Shown: positions 14,862 to 24,872, counted from the stretch's first letter. The stretch is DNA of 64,000 nt from Candidatus Omnitrophota bacterium (GCA_016930235.1 JAFGHI010000010.1:250-64249); one strand, 5' to 3'. Notes: generated by a model from the sequence alone, not told the origin. Translations and numbers: made by a program.

Positions 14862-16229
14862 CTAGGCGATTTTTAGATATTGGATAAGTTTTTGAGGGTT
14901 TTGTCCAAAATCTCGATACCATTTCTCAAGAAGGACTTCGGCGGGAGATTTACCGGGGTCGATTATCTTTTCTCTGATTCGATCAAGAAAAACGCACTCG
15001 TTTCGCCATTCCTTCACCGTCTTCTGGAGGGCCAAACTTGCACATGAAATATCAACAAGTTCACGCACAAGCGAAAGAACAGAATATCGTCCCACCTTCG
15101 CCTTCATTCCTTCCTTCATGACACGCTGATGTAAATCCATTCGCTCCTTAAAAGTCATTTTGCTCACCAATTTCCACGCTTCTTCACGCGCATCCGGATG
15201 GTAAAAGATACCCTTCCAAAAAGCAGCAACCGCCGGAATAAGATCCGGCGATTGCCCGTCTACTCCGCGGATTTCCAAATATCTCTTCAAACGAACTTCG
15301 GGGAAAAAAGTGCTCAAATGAAGTTCAAAATCAGAGAACGTTGCATAATGTCCCTCGTATCCCCTCTCAAAAAATTGCCGAAATGTTCTATCTCCAACCG
15401 GAATCCATTCAGCTTCGCGGACAAGAAACATGACGGGAATATCAAGAACGAACCGGACATAATCGGCAAATGTTGCCCCCGGAAGAAGCAATTGAGATGG
15501 AATGCCTGTTCGATCAGGATCCGTTTCTTTCCAAATAGCCAACCGTCGGGATAGGTAACCGTTTGGCTGCCCTGAAGAAAAAGACGAATGAGCAAACATG
15601 GCGCTGACAAGCGATGTAATCCCTAATGAAACCCTTAAGCTAACCATGGCGTCCTCTTCACTCAAATAATCAACATTCACCTGATTCGTGGCCGTCCGTT
15701 TCATCATATGATGGGATAAGGAACCGTGTGTCCCCAAATATTCAGCCATCACTTGGTAACGTTTCTTCGGAACCCAAGGAATGTCATCCAACCCGCTGAA
15801 GGGATGAATCCCATGGGCAAGCCAGGCAACATTTGGGACTGATGCTGATACGGCTCTTAACTCCTTAATAAAATGATCAAGCTGTTCTTCGACTTCAAAA
15901 ATATTTGACACAGGAGGAGCGCTTAACTCAAGCTGTCCACCAGGTTCAAGACCAATCCAAAGATCACCCCGTCTAAGGGCAATAATATTCCCATCTTCCC
16001 TTAAAGGTTCGTAATCAAATTCCCCGGCTAATTGTTCTAAAACCCCTTGAATGCCGTTAAAACCGTAATAGGGTAAAGCCCTCCCTGTTCCAGTATGCAC
16101 ACCTATAAATTCAGCTTCTAGTCCGACTCTCGTCTTTTCCCGCGGTTTCGCCCACCGGTGGAAGCACTGGACCAAATCATCGATCGTCTCAATTCTTTTA
16201 AGATTTCTATCTTGGATAAGAGTAGTCAC
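14862..16229 (-). CDS. gshA: Glutamate-cysteine ligase (GCS2 family)
   Basis: GLEAE, LEPGGQLELS, PKKRY, QVNVDY, HLSTFFPEVRLKRYLEIRGVD. Confidence 0.92.
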   Translation of the reverse strand: MTTLIQDRNLKRIETIDDLVQCFHRWAKPREKTRVGLEAEFIGVHTGTGRALPYYGFNGIQGVLEQLAGEFDYEPLREDGNIIALRRGDLWIGLEPGGQLELSAPPVSNIFEVEEQLDHFIKELRAVSASVPNVAWLAHGIHPFSGLDDIPWVPKKRYQVMAEYLGTHGSLSHHMMKRTATNQVNVDYLSEEDAMVSLRVSLGITSLVSAMFAHSSFSSGQPNGYLSRRLAIWKETDPDRTGIPSQLLLPGATFADYVRFVLDIPVMFLVREAEWIPVGDRTFRQFFERGYEGHYATFSDFELHLSTFFPEVRLKRYLEIRGVDGQSPDLIPAVAAFWKGIFYHPDAREEAWKLVSKMTFKERMDLHQRVMKEGMKAKVGRYSVLSLVRELVDISCASLALQKTVKEWRNECVFLDRIREKIIDPGKSPAEVLLEKWYRDFGQNPQKLIQYLKIA

Positions 16230-16335
16230 AAATTTAATGCTCCTTTTGACATTTTTGAAATAGAATAACCCCGATACCGAAAGTTGACAACCTCAACATG
16301 TTAACAAGAAAGACGAAAGATTAGTTCCTGGAAGC

Positions 16336-17310
16336 ATGAAGATCTTCTGTGTCTTAGACCCTTTACACAAGCTTGATCCTAAATGGGATACGACTCTTTA
16401 TCTGCTTCGTGAAATGTCTCGTCGCGGACATCGGATATGGATCGGTGACGTCCCCGATCTTGCTTTTTATCAAAGGGCGGTAGTGGCAAGGAGTCGCGAA
16501 ATTTCTCCTCATGACCCCAACGCAAATATTTTAAAAACAAACGCTGACTTTCTTTTTAAAGCAATAACAAAACCTGAAACTCTCGATCTGCGTCTTTTCG
16601 ACCTTATCCTGATTCGAAAAGAACCACCCTTCGATGAAAATTACCTTTGCATGACATATCTCCTCGATCATTTGGCCAAAAAAATCCCAATCGTTAATCA
16701 CCCGCGAGGCATACGTAATACCAATGAAAAACTGGGCGCTTTGCTCTTTCCCGATTTCATACCACCTTCGATCGTTTCTTCATCTCCCGCTTCTATTCTT
16801 GAATTCCAAAAATCAAAAGAATCGCATCTCGTGATTAAACCGATTGCTGAAAAAGGCGGGAAAGGAGTTTTTCTCCTCAAGAAAAACCAGCCGGGCAAGA
16901 TTGTAAAGTTAAAAAATGCAACTTTGCGCAATAAGAAATTTCTTGTCGCTCAAAAATTCCTTAAAACACCTCGGCAGGCCGACAAAAGGATTCTGATCCT
17001 CAATGGAAAAATTTTCGCGGCCTACGAGAAACGTCCAGCCCCCAAGGAGTTCCGAGCAAATCTCGGTTTGGGTGGGAGTTTTCATCGAACCAGGATTACA
17101 CCCAAGGAAGAGAAGATAGCCAAGACCATGAGACCTTATCTTCTTCAAGAAGGTCTCTATTTCGTTGGAATTGATGTCATGGGGGAATTTCTTTTAGAAA
17201 TCAACGTTACTTGCCCTGCAGGGCTTCCTGAGGCTAAATACTTGCACCCACGGCTTCCGCTGGTAGAAATGTGGGCGGATTTTCTGGAATCTCACGTAAG
17301 GAAGTTTTAG
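16336..17310 (+). CDS. gshB: Glutathione synthetase
   Basis: RKEPPFD, NEKL, DKRILI, FRANLGLGG, GIDV, EINVTCP ATP-grasp motifs. Confidence 0.92.
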   Translation: MKIFCVLDPLHKLDPKWDTTLYLLREMSRRGHRIWIGDVPDLAFYQRAVVARSREISPHDPNANILKTNADFLFKAITKPETLDLRLFDLILIRKEPPFDENYLCMTYLLDHLAKKIPIVNHPRGIRNTNEKLGALLFPDFIPPSIVSSSPASILEFQKSKESHLVIKPIAEKGGKGVFLLKKNQPGKIVKLKNATLRNKKFLVAQKFLKTPRQADKRILILNGKIFAAYEKRPAPKEFRANLGLGGSFHRTRITPKEEKIAKTMRPYLLQEGLYFVGIDVMGEFLLEINVTCPAGLPEAKYLHPRLPLVEMWADFLESHVRKF

Positions 17311-19018
17311 TTTCGATCGTTTTCTTCTCTCGCGGGACAAAGCCTAAATAATAAAGCGAGGCCTCTATGACTTCTTTGAAGACAGGTCCAGCAACAGTGC
17401 CTCCATAGTAGCGGGGTTTGGGATCATCCAAGACAACGGCCATGACAAGTTCGGGATCTTCCGAGGGCGCAAACCCAACAAATGATGAAACAAAATTTGA
17501 GTGGGAATAGCCTTTCCCATTCGGCAGCACTTTTTGAGCAGTCCCTGTCTTTCCACCCACTGAAACCCCGTCAATTTTTGCCCTTTTGCCGGTTCCTTCT
17601 TCGACCACACGAGTTAAAATCCGTCGCATTTGTGCAGCAACGGCGGGCCGAATGACTTCTTCACGAAGGATCTCCGGCTTCGTTTCTTTGATGACAACTC
17701 CGGCACCATCTGTCACTTTTGAGATAACATAAGGCCGAAAGAGCTTTCCTCCATTCGCAATAACCGCCATGGCATTGGTCATTTGCATGGCCGTTACGAG
17801 GATCTCATGCCCAAAAGGAATATTGTAAGGTGATGTTTTTGACCACTGGTTTGGTGGGCGTATAAAACCAGCGACCTCCCCTGGCAAATCGATCCCTGTG
17901 GACTCTGAGAATCCATAAGCACGGATATACCCGTAGAAGACTTCTGGATCCAGCAAACTTGCAACTTTAACGATTCCGATATTGCTTGATTTCACAACAA
18001 CGTCCTCAAAAGATAAATCACCATAAGGATGGACATCATGTAAAACCTTCGATCCATATCGATATTCCCCGTTCTCACAATCAAAGATCGTCTCAGGCAT
18101 GGCCTTCCCTTCATTTAAAACAGCACTAGCGGCTACCACTTTAAAAACCGATCCAGGCTCATACATATCCGTTAAAGCACGGTTCCGCCGGCTTGCAACT
18201 GTCGAGTTCGCTACTTGATTAGGGTCAAAAGACGGGCGATTGGCCATTGCCAGGATCTTCCCAGTTTTGACTTCCATCACAATTGCAAAGGCCCCTTGAG
18301 CATGCCATTGGGTATAAGCTTCATTGAGTGCTTTTTCTGTCAGGTATTGGACATATTGATCAATCGTTAAGGTCACATTGTGACCGTTGACTGCAGGGAT
18401 CGCTAAAATCTCGAAGGCTCGTATCTCCCTTCCGAGGGCATCACGTTTGGTGTACCTTCGTCCAGCCCGCCCTTGCATCTGTCGATTGAGAACAAGTTCG
18501 ATGCCTTCCAGGCCATTCGTATCCACATCCGTAAATCCGAGGATGTGTGAAAGAAGTTCACCTTGGGGGTAAAATCTTCGGTACTCTTCCTCAATCCCCA
18601 AAGCCGGAGTCTTGAGTTCCCGAATAGCTTTGGCTTCTTCGACTGAAACACGGCGTTTAATCCATACGAAGGCCTTTTTTCTGGATAGCCTTTCGCGGAC
18701 AAAATCTTCGGGAAGATCCAAAATTAAACTTACTTTTCGGGTCATTTCCTCAAGCTTATCCCGGCTTAAAAGTCTTGGAACACCATAAATGGATGGAACC
18801 TTCAAGTTTGTGGCCAATTCCCGGCCCGAACGGTCAAGGATTCTCCCCCTCAAAGGAGCAATTTCAATACTTAACCGGTGTTGCTTTTCGGCAAGTTCAA
18901 GAAGTGAGGAGTTCCGAATCACAGCAAGTTGAAGTAATTGGTAGGCAACAATCAGAAAAAAACTGGCGGTAATAAAATTAACAATCCAAAAACGCCGTTT
19001 TGTAACCGTTGATATCAT
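17234..19018 (-). CDS. ftsI: Class B penicillin-binding protein (FtsI-like)
   Basis: RGRILDR, EPGSVFK (SxxK), SSN, KTGTAQK; dcw context. Confidence 0.9.
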   Translation of the reverse strand: MISTVTKRRFWIVNFITASFFLIVAYQLLQLAVIRNSSLLELAEKQHRLSIEIAPLRGRILDRSGRELATNLKVPSIYGVPRLLSRDKLEEMTRKVSLILDLPEDFVRERLSRKKAFVWIKRRVSVEEAKAIRELKTPALGIEEEYRRFYPQGELLSHILGFTDVDTNGLEGIELVLNRQMQGRAGRRYTKRDALGREIRAFEILAIPAVNGHNVTLTIDQYVQYLTEKALNEAYTQWHAQGAFAIVMEVKTGKILAMANRPSFDPNQVANSTVASRRNRALTDMYEPGSVFKVVAASAVLNEGKAMPETIFDCENGEYRYGSKVLHDVHPYGDLSFEDVVVKSSNIGIVKVASLLDPEVFYGYIRAYGFSESTGIDLPGEVAGFIRPPNQWSKTSPYNIPFGHEILVTAMQMTNAMAVIANGGKLFRPYVISKVTDGAGVVIKETKPEILREEVIRPAVAAQMRRILTRVVEEGTGKRAKIDGVSVGGKTGTAQKVLPNGKGYSHSNFVSSFVGFAPSEDPELVMAVVLDDPKPRYYGGTVAGPVFKEVIEASLYYLGFVPREKKTIETKTSLREIPENPPTFLPAEAVGASI

Positions 19019-19094
19019 GGATCAAACCGCACCGATAGGATTTTTAAAACGCAACTGGAAACTGATTTCTAAATATTCGCGGCTCGAATGATGC

Positions 19095-19478
19095 TCAACG
19101 TTCGGTTTTTGCCTGAGCAACACCCGTCCAACGCCCTAAGATACTGAGAAAATGACCCGTCACTTGCTCTGAGTCCATATAAGCTGTTCCAAGCTCCTGG
19201 ACAACCGGAAGATGAGGGATCCGCACAACCTGTACTTCCTTGGGTAATCTCAAATCTAACTCCAATTCTTTCATTCTTCCTTCCAATAACCGAGGAGATT
19301 TCAGTTGATCAACTTCAAATTTGATCTGTCGATAGTCTTCGGATTTCCTTGTCACAAGCTCATATTGCTCGTCAATACGATAAGAGACACGAAATAGAGC
19401 AATCTGCTGGTGAACGTAAAGAAGCATTAATCCAGACAACATCGCAATTCCTAAGATTATTCTCCCCGTATTTCTCAT
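19095..19478 (-). CDS. FtsL-like single-pass coiled-coil protein
   Basis: TM segment plus coiled coil; located between rsmH and ftsI. Confidence 0.65.
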   Translation of the reverse strand: MRNTGRIILGIAMLSGLMLLYVHQQIALFRVSYRIDEQYELVTRKSEDYRQIKFEVDQLKSPRLLEGRMKELELDLRLPKEVQVVRIPHLPVVQELGTAYMDSEQVTGHFLSILGRWTGVAQAKTER

Positions 19479-20383
19479 CCCGTTTTCTCCGCAACTCTCA
19501 ATTTTGCGCTTCTTGCTCGCCGGTTTTCCAACATCTCCGAGCGGCTCGGCACTACCGGCTTCTTGGTCACTAAGAAAGCTTGTCTCTTCTGACTTAGATC
19601 CCTAAAAAAATATTTCGCGATCCTGTCTTCCGAAGAATGAAACGTAATCACACCCAGTCGGCCCTTTTGTCCTATCCGTTCCCAAATCTTCGGAAGAGCT
19701 TTTTCAAGGCATCCTAATTCATCATTCACCGCAATCCTCAATGCCTGAAAAACCCTTGTCACCGGATGATGACGAGCATGCTTGGGACGTCTTCCCTTTT
19801 CAAACTTTAAAGATCGCGGCAAAGCTCCTTCAAGAACCCCGACTAAGTCTTCTGTTGTCTCAATAGGCTTCTGTCGTCGTGACTGACAAATAGCATATGC
19901 AAACTTTCTCGCCCGCCGCTCATCGCCGAACCTGTAGAAGATCTCCGCAAGGTCTTCTTCTGAAAGATCATTGACGAGATCCCTTGCTTTCATCGATTGC
20001 TGAACATTCATCCGCATATCCAGCGGTCCCGGATGGTTAAAGCTAAAACCCCGTTCCGGATCATCAATCTGTTCTGCCGAGAACCCGACATCTAATAATA
20101 CGGCATTTACAAACCGAATATTTAGAGAATCTAGGATTTTATCGAGATTAATAAAGTTTTCTTGGTGCAATGTTGCCTGTGGATAGGGTTTAAGTCTCTC
20201 TTGACATCTGGAAATGCTTGAAGCGTCCTGGTCCAATCCAATCAAACGTCCTGTTAGGCCTATTGTTTTGATTATCTCCATGGCATGCCCTGCATTCCCG
20301 AGTGTCCCATCAACCACGATATCACCCGAGCGCAAGGCAAGAAGCCTGAGCGTCTCTTGAAGGAGTACCGGTTTATGGGGCAA
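19475..20383 (-). CDS. rsmH: 16S rRNA m4C1402 methyltransferase
   Basis: HKPVLL, DGTLGNAGH, RGFSF, PLDMRM, FQALRIAVN, RSAKLR. Confidence 0.97.
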   Translation of the reverse strand: MPHKPVLLQETLRLLALRSGDIVVDGTLGNAGHAMEIIKTIGLTGRLIGLDQDASSISRCQERLKPYPQATLHQENFINLDKILDSLNIRFVNAVLLDVGFSAEQIDDPERGFSFNHPGPLDMRMNVQQSMKARDLVNDLSEEDLAEIFYRFGDERRARKFAYAICQSRRQKPIETTEDLVGVLEGALPRSLKFEKGRRPKHARHHPVTRVFQALRIAVNDELGCLEKALPKIWERIGQKGRLGVITFHSSEDRIAKYFFRDLSQKRQAFLVTKKPVVPSRSEMLENRRARSAKLRVAEKTG

Positions 20384-20711
20384 AGCTCTTAATCGCCTCT
20401 TCTTCTGAATGATAAGATTCCATTAATCCGTTCACACCAATCAACCGGAACGTTTTTTCAACTTCCGGACGAAGATGGATGAGCTTGATATCCCCTTTTT
20501 GCGCACGAACTTTCATGAGTCGGTCAATCAAAATACCCAATCCGGCTAATTCCACCCGCTTTGCGGATTGAAGATCGAGCAATAACTTCTTATGATTCTT
20601 TTTAAGAAGTCTCGCCAAACGGTTTTTGATTTTGACCATCTCTCCGGCACTCAGGTCTCCTTGAAATCGTAGAACCTCAACACCCATATTCACTCTGGAA
20701 CGAAACGCCAT
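20373..20711 (-). CDS. STAS-domain protein (anti-sigma antagonist-like)
   Basis: LLLDLQ...LAGLGIL...GDIKL...VEKTFRLIG...EEEAI pattern. Confidence 0.8.
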   Translation of the reverse strand: MAFRSRVNMGVEVLRFQGDLSAGEMVKIKNRLARLLKKNHKKLLLDLQSAKRVELAGLGILIDRLMKVRAQKGDIKLIHLRPEVEKTFRLIGVNGLMESYHSEEEAIKSFAP

Positions 20712-20731
20712 TGACTCCCCCTTTCCTTAAT

Positions 20732-21169
20732 TTATTCTGTAATTAATTTCTCAGCAAGCTCTTCGAACTTGCCTTTGTTATTATCAAAGAAACTTTGCCA
20801 TTTTTCTTTAGACCATATTTCAATACGGTCCGATACGCCGATGATGATGACATCTTCTTGAATCAAAGCATAAGTCTTCAAATAATCCGGAATTAAGATC
20901 CTTCCCTGCTTATCGCAAACGACATCGACAGCCCCCGAAAAAAACAATCGGTTAAAGTGGCGGGATTCACCACGGGTAAAAGGCATATCCCGGAATTTCT
21001 TTTCCTGGGTCTTCCAGGTAGCTTCCGTGAAAACAAACAAACATTGATCGAGGCCTCGTGTGATATAGAACTTTTCAGCAAAGTTTTCTTTGAAGATCTC
21101 TCGGAATTTCGCAGGGATGATGATCCGGCCTTTATTGTCTAACGTATGTTCATATTCGCCGTAAAACAT
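20732..21169 (-). CDS. mraZ: Transcriptional regulator MraZ
   Basis: MFYGEYEHTLDNKGRIIIP, DKQGRILIP, RIEIW. Confidence 0.97.
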   Translation of the reverse strand: MFYGEYEHTLDNKGRIIIPAKFREIFKENFAEKFYITRGLDQCLFVFTEATWKTQEKKFRDMPFTRGESRHFNRLFFSGAVDVVCDKQGRILIPDYLKTYALIQEDVIIIGVSDRIEIWSKEKWQSFFDNNKGKFEELAEKLITE

Positions 21170-21196
21170 CGTTTCTACCTACCTTTTTTGGTTTAC

Positions 21197-21223
21197 CACT
21201 TTCCCCCACTTTTCACCACTTTC
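21197..21223 (-). promoter_or_regulatory. MraZ operator: three GTGG direct repeats
   Basis: AAAGTGGTG-AAAAGTGGGG-GAAAGTGG with 10-nt period immediately upstream of mraZ. Confidence 0.85.
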
Positions 21224-21235
21224 ATCATCAGCGGG

Positions 21236-21264
21236 AGTATACTCCCCCCTCAAATGGGAGTCAA
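21236..21264 (-). promoter_or_regulatory. Sigma70 promoter of the mraZ/dcw cluster
   Basis: TTGACT-17 nt-TATACT. Confidence 0.75.
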
Positions 21265-21517
21265 CCCTTTTCTTCAAGAAAATCCTCCTAAGTGATTATC
21301 TTTCAACTAAATACAATATATGGTGTCGGAGGATGTATAGGCCCACTATTAATAGTTATTCTCTCACGAAGAAATGGGACTACGCTCCCCAGGCGAATGG
21401 TTTCACTATGGTGGACATTTCTACGAGGACGTGGCTTATGAAATCTAAGATGAAAAAAAACTTAGATGAGGACAACAAATACTGCGGAACAAACAAAAGA
21501 AATCCAAAGGAGAAAGA

Positions 21518-22252
21518 TTATGTTTGCGGAGAGACTTCTTCGTTCTCTAGATACAAAATTCGTGAGCAATTTTCACAGATAACCAAATGTTCTTCGAGCT
21601 GAAGCTCATTAATGATTTGGGGCCTTAATTTAATTTGGCATGCGGCACAATTTTCACCCTCGGTTTTGACGAGAGCCAAACCTTGCTTAACCTCTACGAT
21701 ACGGTTGTATAAATCTCTCACATCGAGAGGGACCTGTTCCATCACGGTCTGACGGTCCTTCTTAAGTTTTTCGATTGCGGTCTGAAGCGTCTTTTCTTGC
21801 TGATCCAGTTCCGCAAGCTTCTGGCTGACTTCCTTTTCAACCTGCCCTAAGCGGCCCTTTTCCTTTTTAACTTCCTCATCAGCCGCTTCGACTTCATCGA
21901 GGATTTTAATAATTTCTTCCTCCAAAAGAGAATTATCAGCCTTCAGCGAGGCGATCTCTTGCTGCATGGCGCTGTATTCTTTGTTGGTTTTCAACAATCC
22001 TAACTGTCCATCCAGCTTTTTGACATTGGCCTCTTTTTGTGCCAACTCACCTTCTTTCTCTTTCTGCCTAAGCTGAAGCTTACGTAATTCCCCCTCAATT
22101 TCATTCAGGTGGGACTTTTCACTCTCAAGCTGCCGCTTAACCTCGGCTTTCTTCTCAGGGATGTCAAAAAGCTGCTGTTGGGCAGCATAGAGTTCGCTAT
22201 CGACAACCTGAATTTTCTTAAGAGCTTCTATGGTCTCTCGAACCTTTAACAT
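21518..22252 (-). CDS. Coiled-coil C4 zinc-ribbon protein (DUF164/CT398-like)
   Basis: Long coiled coil, TNKEY, CAAC...CENCSRIL. Confidence 0.9.
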   Translation of the reverse strand: MLKVRETIEALKKIQVVDSELYAAQQQLFDIPEKKAEVKRQLESEKSHLNEIEGELRKLQLRQKEKEGELAQKEANVKKLDGQLGLLKTNKEYSAMQQEIASLKADNSLLEEEIIKILDEVEAADEEVKKEKGRLGQVEKEVSQKLAELDQQEKTLQTAIEKLKKDRQTVMEQVPLDVRDLYNRIVEVKQGLALVKTEGENCAACQIKLRPQIINELQLEEHLVICENCSRILYLENEEVSPQT

Positions 22253-22375
22253 AATAGAAAGGCATTATAGGGAAGTTTCCGAACAGCATCAAGGATGAAA
22301 TCACAGACTTAAAATATGAGCGTGTATAAGGTTAATCAACATTCGCTGGGAGTATAGAATTCTTTTAGACTTTAT

Positions 22376-22981
22376 CTAAACCGGGAAAGCTTGTTTGGCC
22401 TCTACGCCAAGTTCGATAAAATCATCTAATTCGCTTCGATCAAGTTTTGCATCGCGAAAAAAATGATAACGTTCATCAATATCATCGACGGCCTTCTCTA
22501 ACTCAATGGATGGTATCCTTTCTGCAAGATCCAGGAGGGCCCATTCTCTCAAAGCCATTCCTTCACGTTCCTGGGGCGCCATAAAAAAATACTCGAATAG
22601 CCGCACACCTTCCCTAGACAGAAGTCTTTCCTTTTCGTCTCTTGAAATAGAGATAAGGTCCATCACTCCGTCTGAAATTGATGGAAAAAAAATAAAGAGC
22701 CTGAGTTTCTCCCCGGTAATCCTCATCCAATCATCCCACTCATCACAAAGTGATTTATAGGTAGTAAGCGAAAAGGGTTCAAACATAATGCGACCCCAAA
22801 GGAGTCCATCAGGAACTTCAAGAAAGATCTGGTCATGTTCAATGGAGGCATTCACAAGCACAGGCTTGACATTGAAACCACGGTACATGCTTTGCATCAC
22901 ATCCCGCAAAGCAGTCATCATCGCCTGGCGGTCCTGTTTTGTTACTTTTTCGACAAAGAAGAAATTCATGGATTGTGACAT
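22376..22981 (-). CDS. Hypothetical protein
   Basis: 201-aa ORF overlapping the upstream gene in a co-oriented trio. Confidence 0.6.
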   Translation of the reverse strand: MSQSMNFFFVEKVTKQDRQAMMTALRDVMQSMYRGFNVKPVLVNASIEHDQIFLEVPDGLLWGRIMFEPFSLTTYKSLCDEWDDWMRITGEKLRLFIFFPSISDGVMDLISISRDEKERLLSREGVRLFEYFFMAPQEREGMALREWALLDLAERIPSIELEKAVDDIDERYHFFRDAKLDRSELDDFIELGVEAKQAFPV

Positions 22982-23778
22982 GGGGCAAACTCCAAGGATG
23001 TTTGTAATAATCTTGCAAGCATTCGTTTTTCTAAAGAATTGTAATTTTCAACCGGCTTCGAGGACAAATGTTCCAAGGCCAAACTCGAAGAAAAGGTATA
23101 TTGATGCATCCCCTCTTGCAATCGTCCAAGCCAGGTCACACTCAAACCTAGATGCCGGGACGTCATCTCAGAAAACTTTTCGTAAAGGAAACTTCCCTTT
23201 TCCTGAGTCACCGCACCGTCAAAAAGCAGGTAATATTCAAGGTGCGGATTGAGGGCCATGGAAGCCTTCATGGCTTTATAGACTTCCGATAGGCTCTCGA
23301 TATTGGGTCTCACCAGCAAAATCCATTTATCAAGAACAGGGATGATCTTGTCAAACTGGGCAATCCTGTTATATTCGAAATCAAGAAAGAACTTTTGGTT
23401 CGCGAAACTCTCGGATGATACAACATCGTGAGGATATTCCCATACTCTTTCAAGTTGATCCCAGGTAAAAGAAACCCACCGGATGTTCGAACCAAAAGAC
23501 TCGCTCTGCAGAATGGTAGGCGCATCTTCGGGACGCCCCAAATAACGTGACGTGAGAGAAATGATCGTGCACGGACAAGATGTATCTGCCACCCGGGAAG
23601 CCAGGTAACTCGTTAAAAAAAGCGAGCTACCCGGTCTGTCAGGATTAAACACGCTTAAGCACTCTATCCTCTTCTCATTCAGCAGATTCTGACGTTCGAC
23701 GGTTTCGACCTTCTGTTGGAATAAAGGTGAAATATCTTTCAAACCACGTTTAAGACGACGTTTTGGGTCCATAGTCAC
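22966..23778 (-). CDS. Hypothetical protein, possibly a degenerate MinD/FlhG-like fold
   Basis: FFLD...ILLVRPNIESLSEVYKAMK...WLGRL resembles the FlhG C-terminal half; no intact Walker A. Confidence 0.5.
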   Translation of the reverse strand: MTMDPKRRLKRGLKDISPLFQQKVETVERQNLLNEKRIECLSVFNPDRPGSSLFLTSYLASRVADTSCPCTIISLTSRYLGRPEDAPTILQSESFGSNIRWVSFTWDQLERVWEYPHDVVSSESFANQKFFLDFEYNRIAQFDKIIPVLDKWILLVRPNIESLSEVYKAMKASMALNPHLEYYLLFDGAVTQEKGSFLYEKFSEMTSRHLGLSVTWLGRLQEGMHQYTFSSSLALEHLSSKPVENYNSLEKRMLARLLQTSLEFAPCHNP

Positions 23779-24872
23779 ACAAGCTCCAGGTAAGAATCAA
23801 CGGTTCCATATTCGTTTTGCCGTTGAACAGGTTGATAAGGATCAATCTGCCATTCTCCATCCACAATAAATTTATACCGGTATTTCCCCGGATGGATCGG
23901 AATCACCTTCTGCCACAATCCATTGGGGCGTTTCTGCATGGCTTCGGGTATCCATTGATTAAAGTCACCGGCAATTTCGACGATCTCAGCCTTCTCATTA
24001 ATGGCCTGAAATAAAACACCCCCCAAGACAGAACGCGGGCCATAATGGCGGTGAAGAATATTTTTCCATCCGAGTTCATTCATCGGAAATCGTCGCTGCC
24101 AATCCCGTTTCAAATATTCCACGGCCAAATGAAAATAGTCTCGGAAAGCAGATGATTCAGGGGCATACTCCACAATGCTTTGACCGGCACTCGATGCTTC
24201 TTTTAAAACAATAGCATTGTGAATCACTGTCCGCAATAATTGATCCTGAAAATGAGCTAGGACTTCTTCATAAATCTCCTGTCCAAAGGTTGTATCAGAA
24301 TCAAAGAGAGTCAAAAGAGCGTAGACATTTAAGCGCGTTTCACGAAAGATTTGAAGATGCTGGATGGTCTCAGAAATCTTGGCCAGCCCATGCAAAGAAA
24401 AAAACGAGGGTTCGATCGGAATAATCAGATCATCAGCAGCTTCCAAAGCATTGAACGTCAAAACGCCAAGATTTGGGGGGCAATCCAAAATCACATATTC
24501 AAAATCCGGATTTTCCCTTTCCAAGATGTCCAGTTCCCGCTTAAGGCGCTTATCCCTATCAGGCGAATTGGCCAAATCTTCCTCTAAGGCATTGAGCACA
24601 CCGTCGGAAGGCAAAAGATAAAGGCATGAATTCACTTGCTTTAAAATGGGCATGACACTCGGACGAAGAGCTTCCCTAAATCCTAACAGATCATAAAGCG
24701 TCAACGCTCCCTTCTCAAGCTGGACACCCAACCCACAAGTTGAATGCCCCTGCGGATCCAAATCCACGAGCAACGTTTGTTTCCCCAGGTGGGCCAAACA
24801 AGCAGCTAAATTGATACTTGTCGTGGTTTTACCGCAGCCGCCTTTTTGGTTGGCAACCGCAATGACACGCAA
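23775..24872 (-). CDS. ParA/Soj-family ATPase fused to a C-terminal CBM48/AMPK-beta-like domain
   Basis: NQKGGCGKTT, DLDPQG, LDCPP; C-terminal VEIAGDFNQW...GKYRYKFIVDGEW. Confidence 0.9.
   Translation of the reverse strand: MRVIAVANQKGGCGKTTTSINLAACLAHLGKQTLLVDLDPQGHSTCGLGVQLEKGALTLYDLLGFREALRPSVMPILKQVNSCLYLLPSDGVLNALEEDLANSPDRDKRLKRELDILERENPDFEYVILDCPPNLGVLTFNALEAADDLIIPIEPSFFSLHGLAKISETIQHLQIFRETRLNVYALLTLFDSDTTFGQEIYEEVLAHFQDQLLRTVIHNAIVLKEASSAGQSIVEYAPESSAFRDYFHLAVEYLKRDWQRRFPMNELGWKNILHRHYGPRSVLGGVLFQAINEKAEIVEIAGDFNQWIPEAMQKRPNGLWQKVIPIHPGKYRYKFIVDGEWQIDPYQPVQRQNEYGTVDSYLELV

Noticed and set aside
21333-21602. 89-aa plus-strand ORF
   Set aside because: No recognisable motif; overlaps the zinc-ribbon gene on the opposite strand
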